A model generated the notes under the pieces. That model saw only the letters and a program-made list of their open reading frames with translations, was not told where the DNA came from and made no database searches. A DNA stretch of 64,000 nt from Mytilus californianus (Eukaryota): contig NW_026262690.1 of assembly GCF_021869535.1 (NCBI RefSeq), positions 80,104,001-80,168,000 of the forward strand, read 5' to 3'. How positions within the stretch are numbered: position 1 is the first letter of the stretch; the number at the start of each line of letters is the position of its first letter. A program made the position numbers and the translations under genes. Positions 61,797 through 64,000 of the stretch are shown here, piece by piece.

Positions 61797-63437
61797 ATGG
61801 GGTCCGAAAAGAAAGAAGATTTTAAAATAACAGAAGACGAGGTGAAGAAAATAGGAGAAGCGTTAAAAGATGAACAATTTAGGAAGTTATTTTTGGAATA
61901 TGCCGAAGAAATCCAAAACCCTGAAAATCGAAAAATTTATGAACAAGAGATAGCACAAATGGAACAAGAACGTGGTATGAACGTAGAGTTTATCCACCCG
62001 CAGCCGGGTCATGTCTTGAAAACCAGCGTTGATGGTAACGTGAAAGCGTTCATCAATATCTGTCAGAATGACAAGATGGGTAAACCGGTTGCAAAACGTC
62101 AAGTTTCATCAGATGGCAAAAGTGGTGTTAATTGGTCGATACCTCACTCGCATTCACCTCCAAGAGATGATCTTGACAAACATAAACAAAAATGTAGAGT
62201 ATATGATGTAGTATTTCACCCAGATACCTACAGAATGTCAAAGTCAAACATACGATTCAGAGGTCTTGTTGAAGACACAGCTATTGATGGTATTGAGCGG
62301 CAGTTTGGAGTGAAAGTTGACAGAAAGAATATCAAACGGCCTAATTTGCCATACAAAGGTACACCTACTGCCACTGTTATTCGTTCAAAAGCAAACGAAC
62401 CAGCCAAACCACTGGATGAAGATGATCCAATAAGGAAAATGCCTTATCCATTTGATGAAAAATCAAGCGAAGAAAAGGCAAAAGAAATGGCTGATGCTGT
62501 TAAAAGGAAGAAAGAAGCAGAAAGTAAAAAAGCAGGGAAAACTAAAAGAAATGAAGCAGAAAAAATAGTTGAAGATGACGCTACAGTTCCTAAGTATACC
62601 ATTACGCATAGATCTGACATGGATTTACAAGAGTACAGAAATACTCCTGATTCAAGGCCTAGTACCCGTCCAAAAGCTCTTGTCATTTCAATTGAATTAC
62701 CTTTACTTTCTAATTCAAAGCCAGTGGAGCTTGATATATTTGAGCAAAAACTTGTACTTCAGTCTAAAGAACCAGCAAAATACAAGTTAGATTTAAAATT
62801 GCCATATGCTGTCGATGAAAGTCAGGGCTCAGCAAAGTTTGATAAATCAAATAGATGTTTAATAGTTACATTACCTGTTGTTCCAGAAGAGATGCCAAAA
62901 CTACCAAATTTCATTGAAGAAACAAAATCTGAGAATGAGCCTAAGACTGATGAAGTGGAGAACAAGTTTGAGGCAGTTGAAAACCCTTTAATAGAAGTTA
63001 TCAGCACAACAGAAGCTAATGGCAAGCCAGTCTCAAAGGGGGAGGAAACCATGATTGATGATAAGATTGGAAATGAATGCCCTGCATACTTAAATCATAC
63101 ACCAAAGATCTCATATGGATTTCCCACATTTGAATTTTCACAAGATAGTGAAACTGTAACATTCTTATTTAAAGTGAAAAAGATAGTCCATGATTCTGTG
63201 TCTAAATTGTTTCCGTTGCCCAATGTATGTCATATCAAATTCATGTCTAAAGGATCTAGTGGCTTCCCACTTCATTACAGCTTTCTTGCAAAGTTTTCGG
63301 CCAAAAACTGTTTTGTTCCAGAGCATTGTAGCTTTGATGTTTCTAATGATAATGCTGTGTTGTTACTCCTGAAAGAGAAAGACAGCAGACAAACATGGGA
63401 GACATTTCAAGCTGGTACCAGTCTTGAGGAGCTTCAG
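61797..63437 (+). CDS. DNAAF2: Protein kintoun (dynein axonemal assembly factor 2), first coding exon (547 codons); gene continues beyond the window
   Basis: MGSEKKEDFKITEDEVKKIGEALKDEQFRKLFLEYAEEI..N..IYEQEIAQMEQERG, PIH1 domain (FIHPQPGHVLKT..KAFINICQ..WSIPHS..YDVVFHPDT), CS-like YKLDLKLPYAVDESQGSAKFDK..LIVTLPV. Donor cag|gtaata at 63437. The likely start is the ATG at 61797, not the track's 61668. Confidence 0.92.
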
Positions 63438-64000
63438 GTAATATTATTATCCATTCCTGTGCACTACAATGTTGAGAAAAACATGATATCCTCGATTATA
63501 ACTGCATACCTATACAACAGAACAGTAAAATTTTATTTCTAGCAAAATTTAAGAGTTTTGTCCAAAGTAATTGTGTAAGCAGCTTAACTAGTTATTGGTA
63601 TCACTTATTTTTAGGTGTCTGTCATACCTTTAAGCTTTTATGAAAAAAAATCTCCTTTGAAATTATTCTGCCAAGTAATGTCAAACATGCATTATCCTGT
63701 ACTGGTATAACATGTACATGTACATACATTCATGTGATGGAAAATTCTTAACAAAATTTAAATATTTACATTGAAAAGTGTGTACTGAAAACATGAAAAA
63801 GGATAAAAGGAATTTTCAAAGATATTAGACAGTACATTATTGACCACCAGACATCATGAACCAACATCACTTGCCACTTCTGAAAAAATAAATAAAACAT
63901 GGTAACAAAAAGCATGAAAAGTATTACAAACAACAACAAACATAATTCATACATGTGCAGGTACAATGTAGCCTGACTTGGAACAGACATGTAGGCAGTA

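Noticed and set aside
63438-63542. C-terminal VILLSIPV... tail of the 624-aa ORF
   Set aside because: It follows a canonical donor (cag|gtaata) and has intron-like composition.

Overview
AT-rich, intron- and repeat-rich animal genomic DNA. The repeat landscape looks like a bivalve mollusc, probably Mytilus; this is recognised from memory, not searched. Four protein-coding genes can be rebuilt by hand from GT-AG splice sites with consistent exon phases. (1) A 4-exon TEX30/KANL3-type alpha/beta hydrolase, minus strand, 2588-6198. (2) A 13-exon legumain (asparaginyl endopeptidase), plus strand, 6383-29257, head-to-head with TEX30 across 184 bp carrying CCAAT, CLEAR/E-box and M-box motifs. (3) An 8-micro-exon, 191-aa coiled-coil protein gene at 50307-57546 that the ORF track largely misses, possibly SKAP/KNSTRN-like. 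(4) The large first coding exon of kintoun/DNAAF2 at 61797-63437, continuing beyond the window. The rest is dense, nested mobile DNA: Helentron-associated (HINE/DINE-1-like) elements with ~160-bp internal arrays, V-domain tRNA-SINEs with target-site duplications (TSDs), MITEs with 3-, 4-, 5-, 6- and 9-bp TSDs, a decayed Ginger2 transposon, a decayed THAP + Harbinger/ISL2EU transposase, a MULE-like element carrying an SGNH-hydrolase fragment, and long-hairpin elements. No CRISPR array, rRNA or genuine tRNA gene was found. Most short ORFs in the track are spurious. Family assignments come from motif recognition; no database search was run.
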